A stretch of 63,017 bases of DNA, filler included, from Rhabdomonas costata (GCA_019059605.1; 51 parts of 51 records of this genome joined end to end with filler, not necessarily neighbours in it); one strand, 5' to 3'; counted from the first letter of the whole stretch, positions 12,801 through 24,916 are shown. Made by a program: numbers and translations. The notes: generated by a model not told the origin, from the letters alone.

Positions 12801-14455
12801 AGCCTAAGAGGGAGGTGGACAAGACAAAGAAAAAAGGTAGGAAATTCCCCAAAATCTATCGAGATCAAAATATCCCGGGGGTTCGCCTTCAGAAGCAATG
12901 GCCGGTGGGACATGGGGACACGGGGGAAGGGAAACAGGCATTCGGCATATGGGCGGCGGCCTACCTCGACCCGAGGACCTTGCCGAGGGAATAGGGTGGG
13001 GTTGGACAATATTCAGCTCGCCTCGGGTGGACGCACTGGTCGGGTCTGAACCCGTGACAAAGGATTCCACCTAGAGTCAACACAAAACAAACAAAAGAAG
13101 GACCGCGCCCAAGCAGGGCACATTGTTAGCTAAGGACATCTTTTCTCGGCATCCACCTTTCGGGCATTTCACTGGTCTCTGCCTTCTTCCAGCAATTTTC
13201 TTTTACAATTCTCTCGTCCGCAATTTTTGCAACTTTTTTTTTGCGATTTCGCCCTGCATCCAGAAAAGCTCATAAGGTCAAAAGAGGTGAGAACGCACAG
13301 GATAGTCGTTTAGAAGCACAAAATACTCACATACTAGAATGCGCAGACATTAGACTCGCACCCGAGTGAAAACGATGTCCGTCATCAGCAAAACGCCGGT
13401 GTCATGTGGTATGTGTCGAAGGGAATTGCCAGGAAAAAGTCCCGGTGATGTTTAGCGTGGTAAAATAGCATGTTTCCAATTAGAAATGACGCTTGTCAAC
13501 ATTTTTCGAACCCCAACAANNNNNNNNNNNNNNNNNNNNNNNNNNNNNNNNNNNNNNNNNNNNTTAATTAATTAANNNNNNNNNNNNNNNNNNNNNNNNN
13601 NNNNNNNNNNNNNNNNNNNGTGTGGGGGGGAAGCGAAGCAGTGAGAGAGACAGAGAGAGAGAGAGAAAGAAGACAGCAAAGGAATATTTCCGGGAATGAA
13701 ACAAAATTAATAGCATAAAAATATTTAGGCTTGATGATAGAGGTGCAAATTGTGACCTGGGGTAAAGACCAACAAAAAGCAAAATAAGCCCAACACTGGT
13801 CAAGACCGGGGTAAGTGAGGCGGGGTGGAAATATTCCAGGTCTGGCGGGAGGCATGGCAGTGCACGTGTTCCCTAAATTTTGGGCTGGAATGCGGATTGT
13901 GATGAACAGGGGTTGCTATTTTTTCCTTCCAGCCCTTGAATCCGGGGCGCCTCCCTCACCCGTTCGAATGACAAACGTTTCCACCGTCCCATCTGTACGG
14001 TGCGGCGGACTAGCACACCTCTCCCACACCTCTCCCTTCCATCAAGCACTAGCAAGAGCATTTCGAGTGTCTCCCGAGGAATACCCCGAGGATGACCATA
14101 AAGACAACGATTTGCCATTTGAACAAAGAAAGCACTGCTCTGAAAGACCTTGTCGCGTTTTTCTTGTCCGTATTTTCGGTCTGCCGCCTCTGTTTCCTCA
14201 TGCACGCTGCTTAAGATGACTACCCGGGGTTGCACCATGCCGGGTTCATGAAGCCACACCCATTGTTCAACGATTATCCAAAGGCATGCTGGGCAGGGAG
14301 CGTTCACGCTGACTGTGTTAGCCTGGTTAGCAGTGGTGTTACCATGAATAGCCTCCCTCCCCAGCTAGCAGAGAATGGTACAGAATGGTAGCAGAGTGAA
14401 GCAGGGAGGAGGAAGCATTTATGCATGAAGGGGAATGGGGGTCAACGAGGAATAC

Positions 14456-14712
14456 AATGGAGAACTGCGCCGAGGTGACGGCGGAGCCGTAATCACTGAA
14501 CAACAAAGTGAGGTTGCCTCGAGTCACCGGGGGCGGCGGGGCCCCCACCACAACCGCCACCACAGTGGCCACTGGGGAGGTCGTGACGACGCTGGACGTC
14601 GACGTCTCCATGGCGAGCACACGCCCTCGGGTGCCAGAGCTGGTTGTGGTTGTGGTGCCGGCGATCGCCGCTAGGGCATCCGAAGAGGTGGCGTTCATAG
14701 TAATCGCGGAAT
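14456..14712 (-). CDS. Ser/Thr-rich internal exon, possibly a surface or secreted protein
   Basis: cacag acceptor to gtattc donor. GC3-rich frame SAITMNATSSDALAAIAGTTTTTSSG...SDYGSAVTSAQFSI. Confidence 0.5.
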
Positions 14713-14908
14713 CTGTGTGTGTGTGTGTGTGTGTGCGCGCGCGCGCGCACCCACAACNNNNNNNNNNNNNNNNNNNNNNNNNNNNNNNNNNNNNNNNNNN
14801 NTTAATTAATTAANNNNNNNNNNNNNNNNNNNNNNNNNNNNNNNNNNNNNNNNNNNNTTGTGTGGATGCCAAGCTTAAACAGAAGACGAGAGCAGCATTG
14901 CCGTTTTG

Positions 14909-15451
14909 TTAGCCCTTTCTGCCTATTTTACAAAAAGTAAAACAGCAGGCTGACCAGCTGGCCCTGGCCCTCCAGGTTCGCTTCTCGGTGCAGATGCACA
15001 GAGAGCGTGGGAGAGGTGAAGGCAAAAGCAAGCTGATTTCGTTGGACGAAGAGGTAGTCAGCGGCAAGCCCATTAGTGCATGTGCAACAGTAATTATGGC
15101 ACCGTCCCTGGATAGCAATCGTAAAAAGTTACCCTCCTCTAGCGGGCGAAATTGATATACAGGGCCTTTTTCTGGGTGTTTTCCTGTGAATACCTGTGGT
15201 TTCTAAAGTGAAGAACCTTGCCGAGTACAGGAGGGTGACAACGATGGCAAACACACACACGCACACAAACAGCGTGGACGAGCCATTCTTCTGCCACAAA
15301 CACGAAAAAAAAATCAGCCCACTGATACGTACGGTGGCGTTTCCATTCACCAACAGCGGTGTCACAGCATTGGACACTGTTGTCATGAGCACAGTGTAAT
15401 CCGAGGACGAGGACACGGCGGAAGACATTGCGACAGAGATAAGAAGAATTT
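14909..15451 (-). CDS. Unknown gene, three exons including a 23-nt microexon
   Basis: Exons 15451-15333, 15216-15194 and 15107 onward stay in frame across two GT-AG introns (...PLLVNGNAT|VLHFRNHR|DGAIITVAHALMG...). The 3' end is uncertain. Confidence 0.4.
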
Positions 15452-15881
15452 CTGAATGACGTGTTCCTGTCTCCTTCCCTTCACTTCTCCCCCTCCCCCC
15501 ATCGCACGATACTTCCAACGTGCCAACACAACCGAAATTCATTTGCTTAAGAAATATGTCAAAACTTTCAAAACCTTTTTCTTTCGTAAGCACAAACCCG
15601 TCCGATGAGACAATCAAAACAACCAAGCGTTCACCCAACAATTCGCAAAAGACAGAGCAAATGATACTACTGGATAAGACCGCTGAATGCATTCACTCAC
15701 TCACTGCCAAATTTCATACTCCAAAAAATCAATACACAGGGCACATCTGGAACTGTGTAAATTGGTTGAAATCAGTCCGTGAAATATTTAAGGCATAACA
15801 TACGACACGGTTTAGTTTACAGACTAGCGGTCAGTTTACAAACTCATCGAGGTTTAAGCGCACAATTGTTGGCAATTGTTT

Positions 15882-15992
15882 GTTGGTTAGATGCACAGCA
15901 ATGGGGCAGCTATTTGCAATTTGCGAGGTGTCCGTTCGCTGAAACTTTAGTACATTGCAATTAGCTGCCCCATTGCTGTGCATCTAACCAAC
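15882..15992. repeat. Inverted repeat at contig end (39-bp arms, 1 mismatch), probable amplification fold-back
   Basis: 15882-15920 is the reverse complement of 15954-15992. Contig ends at 15995. Confidence 0.9.
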
Positions 15993-17349
15993 CCANNNNN
16001 NNNNNNNNNNNNNNNNNNNNNNNNNNNNNNNNNNNNNNNTTAATTAATTAANNNNNNNNNNNNNNNNNNNNNNNNNNNNNNNNNNNNNNNNNNNNTGTGT
16101 TGGGGTTCGAAGAGATACCGCGCAGTTGAGAAGTGGCTGAGAGGAAACATTCATTGGAGAGCTTGGCGTGCTTGACGCAGTGGTGTGCAGACACGGCGAT
16201 TCTTTTGCTGCGCCACCATCCCCATTTGTCCAGGTACAACTTCCAGAACCCCAACCCCAACCCCGGCAGCAGCGGCTGGCCTACTGGATCAGAGTTGCGG
16301 AATATTATGGTGAACTAATTCGCTCAACATACACACCCTGGCGCAGTCTTTGCACGCATTCAAGGGCCGAGATAAAGCAAGACAAAATGAACAGGCCAAA
16401 AAAGCAATGTTCCGAACGAAACTAGTAAAACCAAAGTGCGCAGGGGAAGGGCAGGTCCACAGACCTCCGATTGTGGAAACCGTGAGGTGACTTCCCGGCA
16501 CACAGTGTCAACCGCCTCGCGGTGAAGCAGAGCGTTGGTGTGCACCAGCGCGGCGTACGAACCCATTTTCTGAAATATCTGCATCGACATCTCCAAACGA
16601 CCGGTCGCAGAACGGGCGGAAAGGCAAAAAAAAATGTCACAAAGCTGCACAACGAAGCCGCGATGAGAGAATGCCCTAGCAGCAAGACCCAGCAATACAA
16701 AGCCCTACCGCATTCAGCCTCTACGTCCAGAGTGGTGTAGAGTGGTGATGGCAGTGGAGTCTGAACGTTCACAGAAAAGCCCTGAACTCGCATTCTCGAT
16801 TCTAAACAGCTGCAAAAATTCTCGTTTCCTTGCTTAGGGCAATGCCGAAGCAGGCCCCGAGACTGTCCAAACAGCTGCAGGACTTATCGACTGCGACTAC
16901 AAAAAGACTTCGAGGCAGGATATCAACTTCTCTCGCCGAAATCCGGAAGAAAATATTCGCGAGAAAAAATGCTCGACCAGAGATCCGTCATCCTGCGCAC
17001 ATCCATGTTGAAGTCCAGAAAAGTCAAGAGAGCAAACAAAAACAAAGCACAAGGGCAGAGCAAGAGGAGGCAAACTCATACCTTGCCCGCTCACCCCAAA
17101 ACCGCCCGTTTGGACCCAACGCAAAAGTTGCGTTGGGGGCGGGAGGCGGGCCTTTCAGTGCAAACCAGGGCATGGGTCTCGTGTGGTCGACAGGACTCAC
17201 CCTCCCCTACGTGCCCACACGAGACCCACACCCNNNNNNNNNNNNNNNNNNNNNNNNNNNNNNNNNNNNNNNNNNNNTTAATTAATTAANNNNNNNNNNN
17301 NNNNNNNNNNNNNNNNNNNNNNNNNNNNNNNNNGGTGGGGGTGGAGAGT

Positions 17350-18420
17350 ATCTGGAAGATCAGAAAGCAACCACACCCCTTTCTTTACGTTCCACTGGAA
17401 TTGCAAGATGATCAACGGAACGGGGGTACTCCATGCCTCTCTCCGAATACTGCTGACAGTTGTCTCTGCACACTACTCTGACATCTTTTCTGAAAGTCAT
17501 TCCGCCACCACACTCCACTCACACAACTCTGTGGAACTCCAATGACCGCTTCCTAATCTTAGGCGAATGTCCCCCACTACCATTAAGGAGATTTATACTT
17601 CTGCACCCAACACCGTCAATTGGTGGTTTTCGACCTCCCTGGAAACCTATGAAAGTGGTTGGTGGCTCACAACCGCTAACTCAGCATTAGTTAATCGTTG
17701 TCCGCACAACATTTTCCGCAATTTTCGTCTGCTCTGGACCGATTTCGGCTCTTCCTTATTACTCCTCTGAAATTTATGAACCCGCAAGAAACCGCTCTGC
17801 TCTGCATCAGACTTCAATACGATTAATGAGCCCAATCGTGCACTTTCTCGCTTGTGGAAACTGGTTCGAGGTTATGCCCCCATCTCCCTAAATATCCCCT
17901 GTGTCACTCTGCGTGAGATGGGGTTTTGGGTCTGCTCTACCTGATCAACTCTGGTTAATCTGAGCACAGGCTCTGGTGGTCTCTGCAAAATTATTAGCGA
18001 TAATGTTCCTGGAGCTCTCTGCACAACACTTGCGCTGGATGGTTTCCTGACTGTGGACGAAGTGGGCCTCTTAGGTTGGACGGGAGCCCTGTCTCATGCC
18101 CCCTCTAGTTTGACTGATCTACATTCTTCTGAAATAATCCAACTGACCCCTTTTACACACTTATCTGCACCAACTCCGTCATAGACAATTCACAATCCCT
18201 ATAGAACGTGGATCATACATCCACTAGAACTCGGAAAAGGTGACTGAAAGAACATCAGCTTACCATTTGCCTTAGGAACAAACAACACTTTAGCTTTGCA
18301 TGCTATTCAAACTGCTTCTTTAACTCCTAATATTCATCTGGAGACATTATAAAAACCTCTGCTCTGTGCAATGGGACCTTACTGTCCGGATTCATATCAA
18401 TGCGATGGTCTTACTACTCG
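17350..18420 (-). mobile_element. Degenerate, internally deleted Ty3/gypsy LTR-retrotransposon pol relic
   Basis: HRIDMNPDSKVP...MSPDEY*ELKKQFE (from ~18407) and AKVLFVPKANGKL (~18295-18256) match the gypsy RT entry (H.I...P....Y.MS..E..ELKKQ...PVLFVPKKDGKLR). GGH...GMTFRKDVRVVCRDNCQ (~17575-17453) resembles the integrase H2C2 finger. Stops and frameshifts throughout. Confidence 0.65.
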
Positions 18421-18631
18421 TAGGCTGTAAGCCTCCGACACCTTTTCTGGAACGATCCTTGCAAACAACACNNNNNNNNNNNNNNNNNNNNNNNNNNNNN
18501 NNNNNNNNNNNNNNNTTAATTAATTAANNNNNNNNNNNNNNNNNNNNNNNNNNNNNNNNNNNNNNNNNNNNTGTTGGGTGTGTGTGTGTGTGTGCGTGCG
18601 AGCGCGCGATCGCGTTGGTTGGGGGGAACAC

Positions 18632-19552
18632 CAGTGGAATGGGCACCAGTTTGTGGTGCCTGATGTTGACCGGAACGTCGATCGCAAACACCTTCAGCAG
18701 CAGGGGGTGGTCCAGCACCTCCGGGAGAAACAGCGGGTTGTCCTCCTGGTGGTGGATCAGGAAGAAGTGGGAACGGATCAACCCAGTTCGCAGTGCGTGC
18801 ACAAGTTGCCCCAGGTCTGTCTTCTTGTTGACCTTGTTGTGGTACCTGCCCAGGCTCCAGAACACCAGCGAGCGGTTCTCCATCTTCGTCACGTCGAACG
18901 TCTCCATGATGCGGGGGTCCCTTTAAACAGAAGACCACAAAAGTGAGAAGAAGCGGAGCACAGGAGCCTAACGCAGTAGATCCCACGACGCAGCCAAAGC
19001 ATCCTGCACACTGTTTCTGAGCAACATCAACAGTGACGTGGTGCCGATTCCATTCGCTAGGGGCACAGATTTCACACCTCGTCCGACACACCGGTATCCA
19101 AAACGGGTGGTACACCCACAGCTCTGCGCAATTCTCTTCGCTCGAAGACGGGAGGGGGAAGACGGGGAAGATCGTTCTTCTCACAACAGGAATGGAGGAA
19201 CCCATACGAAAGTCCATCAAAGTAGCCATTTCGTGCCGAAATGCCGACTGCAAATTTGCCGACGCGGTGATTCAAACGAGGTGAATTTTTTTTGCAGGAA
19301 TGTCAGCTGTGACGAGGACGAGTTAGCCCTGGGAAAAGGCTGGAAACAGTAGAGATCCTGCCGTACACCCACACTCGCGTGTGCGGTGCAAAGGGTGGGG
19401 GGGGAGAAGGCGACCCACCTGAGGTAGGAGATGGTCTCCCACTGGTGGTTCCCAAGAAGCTTGAACGCTGAGCCATCCATGAAGGGAAACCCCTTGGTCT
19501 GCATGGGCACGGGGTACGGAAAGGGATACATGGGCTCCGCCTTCTGAAACTC
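18632..19552 (-). CDS. Exostosin-like / putative glycosyltransferase, two exons
   Basis: Exons 19552-19419 and 18920-18632 join in phase (YL R DPRIM). PFMDGSAFKLLGNH and LDHPLLLKVFAIDVPVNIRHHKLVPIPL recall the PYISGD.FR..ADH and W.AQN....HPKL..IP.G motifs of exostosin-like proteins. Coding status is strong, the family call is tentative. Confidence 0.55.
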
Positions 19553-19809
19553 CTGCGGAATTGCAGAACACCCACAGCCCACAGGTACGGGCACAGGCAC
19601 AGGCTCATATTTGCTCTCGACCACAGGGTTTTTTGAATGCTCCGGGTGGCAGCCGTTCCATTTGGAAACGAGTAATTCTGCTTTCCCACTTGGAGCATTC
19701 AAACAACCCNNNNNNNNNNNNNNNNNNNNNNNNNNNNNNNNNNNNNNNNNNNNTTAATTAATTAANNNNNNNNNNNNNNNNNNNNNNNNNNNNNNNNNNN
19801 NNNNNNNNN

Positions 19810-20792
19810 TTTGGGGCATGGCTTTCCCATGGGCAGCGGCGCAGCTTCGGGAAGGGGGCTTGGAGGGGGAGGCATGGCTTTTGGGTGCCATCGCGGCGGT
19901 GGCGGAGCGTCACCCTGGGGTGCTTGCCCAGCTTGTCCTCTCGCAGTGCCCAGACTTGGGATACTTTCAGGTTCGCCTCTGTTGTTTGCATAACGGATTC
20001 ATTATATGGAGATGCCCTCCAATCTGCTTGAGGATGAAGGTGAACTAGCCGAATTCTCTTTTATTACACCGCTTGACGCGAGAGAGACTTTCTCCATCCT
20101 GTTCGCTTTGGTGTTTTGCCGCGGCTGCATATGACCGTGGATATCGCTGCCAGGCGTCAGGCTTCCTGGCTGATTTTTTGGATTGTTTTGACAGCGGAAG
20201 CTGTAATTTTCGGTGTGCGTATGCGTGCGTCCAGATGCTGCTGCATCCCTCTGGGGAGCCCACCGTCGTCACCGTCGACAGCAATCTTCCCTTCGCCTTT
20301 TCGGGCTGCCCAGCCTTCGGCCACAGCACGGATCAATCGGCATGCTGGGTCCAGCTTTTGGAGGTGCCTGTATTTCTGAAATTGGTGTTTGGTTCTGGGA
20401 ACATATGCACTACATGTGATTGCACCTGATTGCACTGTCGGAGACCACGCTGGACTCGAGTTTAGTGAGGCCAGCAATGCAAATTTGTTTCGGAAGAATG
20501 GCTGTCCGTGAGAAGTGGGACACGTTTTACATTCTATGGGCTGTGTGTGTTTGTGTTCCCCATAACTGGTGTGTCCATGAATGCCCTTCCGTTTCATCAC
20601 TTCACTGATGGGGACTCAACAAGTGCCTCGGCATGTTTCCGCTTCCCTGTACAGAAAGCGTGGGCCAAACTGAAGGGCTGCTATTACGGGCTTCGGACTG
20701 GCGACGAGGCCACAGCTCTGGAAGACCTCATCGGAGGATTGGCGTTTTCCCTCTCAATGGTGGCGGACGAGGCCTGCGCTGATTGCCAGACG
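19810..20792 (+). CDS. Calpain-like (CysPc domain) protein lacking the catalytic cysteine, three exons
   Basis: Exons to 19970, 20235-20363 and 20655-20792, all phase 0 GT-AG: LREGGLEGEAWLLGAIAAVAE...GYFQ|MLLHPSGEPTVVTVDSNLP...CWVQLLE|KAWAKLKGCYYGLRTGDEATALEDLIGG. Matches calpain QG.LGDCWLLAA, V.VDD.LP, W..LLEKAYAKL.G.Y..L.GG....A..DLTGG. Confidence 0.9.
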
Positions 20793-21519
20793 GTCAGTGT
20801 GGGCTCTTACATGCGTCTGAATGTCCGTTGAAATCATCGTCCGATGAAATGGTGGTTGTCCTTCCGATCGTTTGCGAGGGTCCCTGGGTTTTCTCTGCAG
20901 AATTGCAGAATTGCTATTAGAAGGAAAGTTTCACACCCAACACCAAANNNNNNNNNNNNNNNNNNNNNNNNNNNNNNNNNNNNNNNNNNNNTTAATTAAT
21001 TAANNNNNNNNNNNNNNNNNNNNNNNNNNNNNNNNNNNNNNNNNNNNGGTGTGGGTTTGCTTTTCCATCCTGTCAACATGAATCAGATTCTCGATGAGTG
21101 GAACTTATTTTGGTGGATGATGTTGAAGGCATGTTGGTTCCATTACATACTAGGGATACCAGGGAAATCCTTTAGCAATGATGCCTCAATAAAAGGGGGA
21201 GGGGCGCAGTCGGATCTCAGCTGCTACAAACTCTGAAACCGGTGTTTCCAACCATAAGTCGAGGTGTGCTGAGTATGTGGTTGGGTAGAGCAAATGGCAT
21301 TTTTTCTGAGAAGTGTGTGGGGCCACAGAAAGCTGAAGCCAAGCCTGGCCATCACTCCCAGCACCCGCAAATTCTAGTGCGATCATTAAAATGCTGCCAC
21401 CTCAACCTCCGGGTGGGGTGAAGAATAAGAATAAAACAGAATTGTTTTTTTTGAAGCAGATATCAAAATTTGCAGGGGCGTTCCCGCACAATGGAAGGGG
21501 TGTCAACAAAGGGCTGCAG

Positions 21520-21823
21520 GGCAATCAGACTACGGCAGGGACAGAAGCACTGGTCCGTTTTTCAGAGATGAAGAGGACAGGAGAGTGACGAGACTTATTG
21601 TATGCAGTTGCGTTGCATAATGCTTTGCCGTGGCCCCCTCGAACTCCCTGGGATCCACACAGTCCGAACCAGTTTGGCACGAGGCCGCACTCACCGCACC
21701 GAGAAGCATTTTGCGCTGTCCCCTGTTTTGCAGAACACCCGTCAGCGGAGCGCTCGGACGCCACGCACTCTCCAGGTCAAAGAGAAACTCGGCGAGGTCA
21801 AGGAGAAACTTCACCAAACGTAG
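21520..21823 (+). CDS. Possible last two small exons of an unknown gene
   Basis: 21520-21552 (GNQTTAGTEAL) and 21776-21823 (VKEKLGEVKEKLHQT*) have GT-AG borders in phase. Confidence 0.3.
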
Positions 21824-22559
21824 AAATGGCAGACAGAACTGTAGCTGTGCCCTTCCAAGGGAATGCCTAGCTTGGTTTCGCCTGCACCCGTCTCAGCGGC
21901 TTGCTCGCCTTATTTTCTGCTTTTTCTTCGCAATTAACAATGCCCAAGTCATGTGCTGGCCTCTTGCTGATGCTGTTGTTGCTGAATATTTCTGAGGGAA
22001 GAGCTCCTCCGGGGGGGCGTGGTCGGGGGTCCCCTTGTGGGCTTCGGGAGTACACCACTCGAGCGGGGTCGATGACCAGAGTCTATCTGACCTACCTTCC
22101 GGCTTCTCTATGCTGGGGAAAGCCTGGTGGCGGCGGCAAAGGAAATGGAGGTGGAGTACCGGGTCCCACAAGGGGACCCCCAACCNNNNNNNNNNNNNNN
22201 NNNNNNNNNNNNNNNNNNNNNNNNNNNNNTTAATTAATTAANNNNNNNNNNNNNNNNNNNNNNNNNNNNNNNNNNNNNNNNNNNNTTGTTGCGGAAAAAA
22301 AGCGCCGGGAGAGCGAGAGGTGGGACACGATGTGACTCCACACGCAAACCCGATCCACAGGGCAGAATAAAGAGAGAGCGAAGAACCGCGAGAGACGGAA
22401 GAATCCCCTCGATTGTGCTCGCCGGAGCTCCGTTGGACCGAACACGACTATGAAATTGTGTTGTTCTTTACCTCCTAACAGAAGGTTGCCACAACCCACG
22501 GAGACGCGAACCAAAGCCGGCAACCAATCGGTTGAGGTAACGATCCGACGCATTGAAAG

Positions 22560-23420
22560 GCCGGTGACCAGCCCAGGCAAAGCCGATTGGGTTCGTCAGG
22601 ACCGGCCCAACCGGCTTCCGTTGCCCAAAGGCGTTCATCCTTCCCAAAGCAACAGCCACATACAATATTTGTGGCGGTCCACAAGGCCATGAGCCAATGT
22701 CATACACCTTTATAAGACCAGACTGCCTAAAGCAAGAAACGCCACCAGGTCAGACGTTTAACCAGGCACTCCATTCACCGAACGTGGCCCGGATCAACGG
22801 CGTGAAGTCCGGATATTTACAAAGCATATCAAAGGGCGGAGGTGTTCATCCACGCGGTGTTGATGCACCGTTGAAGACTACCTTCGCCAATGACACGAAG
22901 TTCACAAGGGCCAAAGGCACTGATGGGGATCATAGAGCGGACGAAAAGTGGACGAAAACACGATAATACAGGCCCTCCGCACAATTGAGTTGGCAAGGCA
23001 TTCTTGACTTTGGAGGAATTGCCATTAACAATTACCCCCTACTATCTAAGCTTTTTCTTTTATGCCACCGACTTCAAAGATGAGACGATCTACCGCGAGA
23101 ACACTGTCACGGAACGGCTTTCGCAGCTGTAATGGCACTGGAACTTTTGGCACCGAGCTCTTTACAAGGAAACGGCAAGTGAGCCACCTAACATCGTTTG
23201 TAGTAGCGCATAAGTTTATCAACCAGCTGAACCACCATGGGGACCAACCTGGCCCTTTTGACATCGAATGGTTTGGTCTTTACAAGAAAAAGAGGCATAC
23301 AACGCAGAAAAAACCCTGAGATCGACATCCCACGTCCACAAAAAGATCAGGACTTTTACTGCCAACCGTGATGTGAATCAACAATTCCAGCAAGAAGGTC
23401 ATCAGTTGGATCCCAACACC
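22560..23420 (+). mobile_element. Degenerate non-LTR (LINE) reverse transcriptase relic
   Basis: Motifs occur in the correct order across frameshifts: IGFVR (Q.GF), IFVAVHKA/EPMSYTFI (F.D..KAFD.V...F), ALHSPNVARINGVKS, TFANDTKF at ~22880-22903 (FADD), then YLSFFF (YLG). Confidence 0.6.
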
Positions 23421-23673
23421 CCCNNNNNNNNNNNNNNNNNNNNNNNNNNNNNNNNNNNNNNNNNNNNTTAATTAATTAANNNNNNNNNNNNNNNNNNNNN
23501 NNNNNNNNNNNNNNNNNNNNNNNGTTGTTGTGGTAACGTTCGCGGGAACTTCTGTGAGTGTTTGAAACGTAGTAGCGTTGTGGATGCTTGTTATTCGGCA
23601 AGGGGTCCCTAACCTAGATTTGATCCTCACTCCATGTGTGTGCATGTCGCCCCTTACCCCTCGCCTCTTGCAG

Positions 23674-24252
23674 AAAGAGAGGGTCATGTCCTCGCTGGCC
23701 GAGCACGACCCGGAGCTGGTGATTGGAGCAGTGGGCAGCTCGGTGACCTCCCTGGGCGCGATGAGGATGGCCCACGTCAGCGTGTGCCCGCAGCTGCCAC
23801 CGTGTCTCCGTGCGTGGCGTCGCCCCCCCTCTCACTTACAAACATTCCCACGCACTTACTCGCCCATGATGCTATTACCTTTTTACTCTCATGCTGCTTC
23901 TTCCGAAGGCGAACGTGCACCATGGCACTTTTCTATTTGTCCTGATTGATCTGGTTTGAGCTGACTGCTGCTTGAGTTTCATGGCTCTCTCCGTTGATCC
24001 GGTCTGTTATGGTGCCCAAGTCCGCATTTTGTTTTGCACCGTGTTGATGTAGTTCTTTCTAAACCCCTCAATAAATCCCTCTTGGCTCTTGGCTCCCTCG
24101 AGTGTAGGGGTCGGTTGGTCCGCAGCGTCGGTGAGGGTCAATGGGGCGCCGCTGCGAGCCTTTCTGGAGGCCCAGGCCGACGTGGTGCTCCGCGACTGCA
24201 GCCTCCACACCCTTACCCTCGCCATCCAGCACTGCCGCGCCACCTCCGATTC
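23674..24252 (+). CDS. Degenerate P-type ATPase-like hinge region (TMEM94-like), two exons
   Basis: Exons 23674-23809 and 24108-24252 join in phase 1 via gtgcgt...tag: KERVMSSLAEHDPELVIGAVGSSVTSLGAMRMAHVSV...LEAQADVVLRDCSLHTLTLAIQHCR. Parallels K..IV..L....V...GDG.ND..AL..A.VG...A..AADVVL.D.....I..AI..GR. Confidence 0.55.
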
Positions 24253-24482
24253 GTGCTCTGTTTGAGCATTCCGAGAGCCGGACGAAACCTGTGTCGTGCT
24301 GCTTTCCGATGGGTGCGGGGTGCAAACCCGAGGAGAGCTGGTGGTCGCAAAGTTGGACCGATGGAATCGAAGTTGATGTCTCCTCCTCTTTGGGTCCCCC
24401 ATTTCATTGCTCGTTCCCACTACTCTGGATTCCCCGTGGTCCCACGTGGCTCCCTCTCACTATTTCTCGCTTTGGAAGTGTA

Positions 24483-24654
24483 TGTCCAAGCAGTGCCCCT
24501 CAGAATTGATTTCATGAGGTTCATGAAGTGAGGCTTGTGCCACGCACCATGTAGTTGTATACCGAGGCTGCACCAGAGGTGCGGCTTTATTGTGGTCCAT
24601 GCCTTTCAGTTCATGAACCTCATGAAATCAATTCTGAGGGGCACTGCTTGGACA
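24483..24654. repeat. Perfect 45-bp inverted repeat at contig end, probable amplification fold-back
   Basis: 24483-24527 is the reverse complement of 24610-24654. Contig ends at 24661. Confidence 0.9.
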
Positions 24655-24763
24655 AACACCCNNNNNNNNNNNNNNNNNNNNNNNNNNNNNNNNNNNNNNN
24701 NNNNNTTAATTAATTAANNNNNNNNNNNNNNNNNNNNNNNNNNNNNNNNNNNNNNNNNNNNGG

Positions 24764-24916
24764 TTGTGCTGCCCGCCTCTGCTGAACGCGGACCCGTGCT
24801 GCATGCCCACGGTGCTGCCGATGGCGGACGCCTGCGGGTACGCTCCGGTGGCCACCTCCGATCCATGTTACGCCGGAACGATGACCTCGATGATGGCCCC
24901 TGCGGTGACCTTTTAA
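24764..24916 (+). CDS. C-terminal coding segment of a Cys/Pro/Met-rich protein
   Basis: Strongly GC3-biased frame CCPPLLNADPCCMPTVLPMADACGYAPVATSDPCYAGTMTSMMAPAVTF then TAA. This frame is not in the ORF track. Confidence 0.45.
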   Translation: MCCPPLLNADPCCMPTVLPMADACGYAPVATSDPCYAGTMTSMMAPAVTF

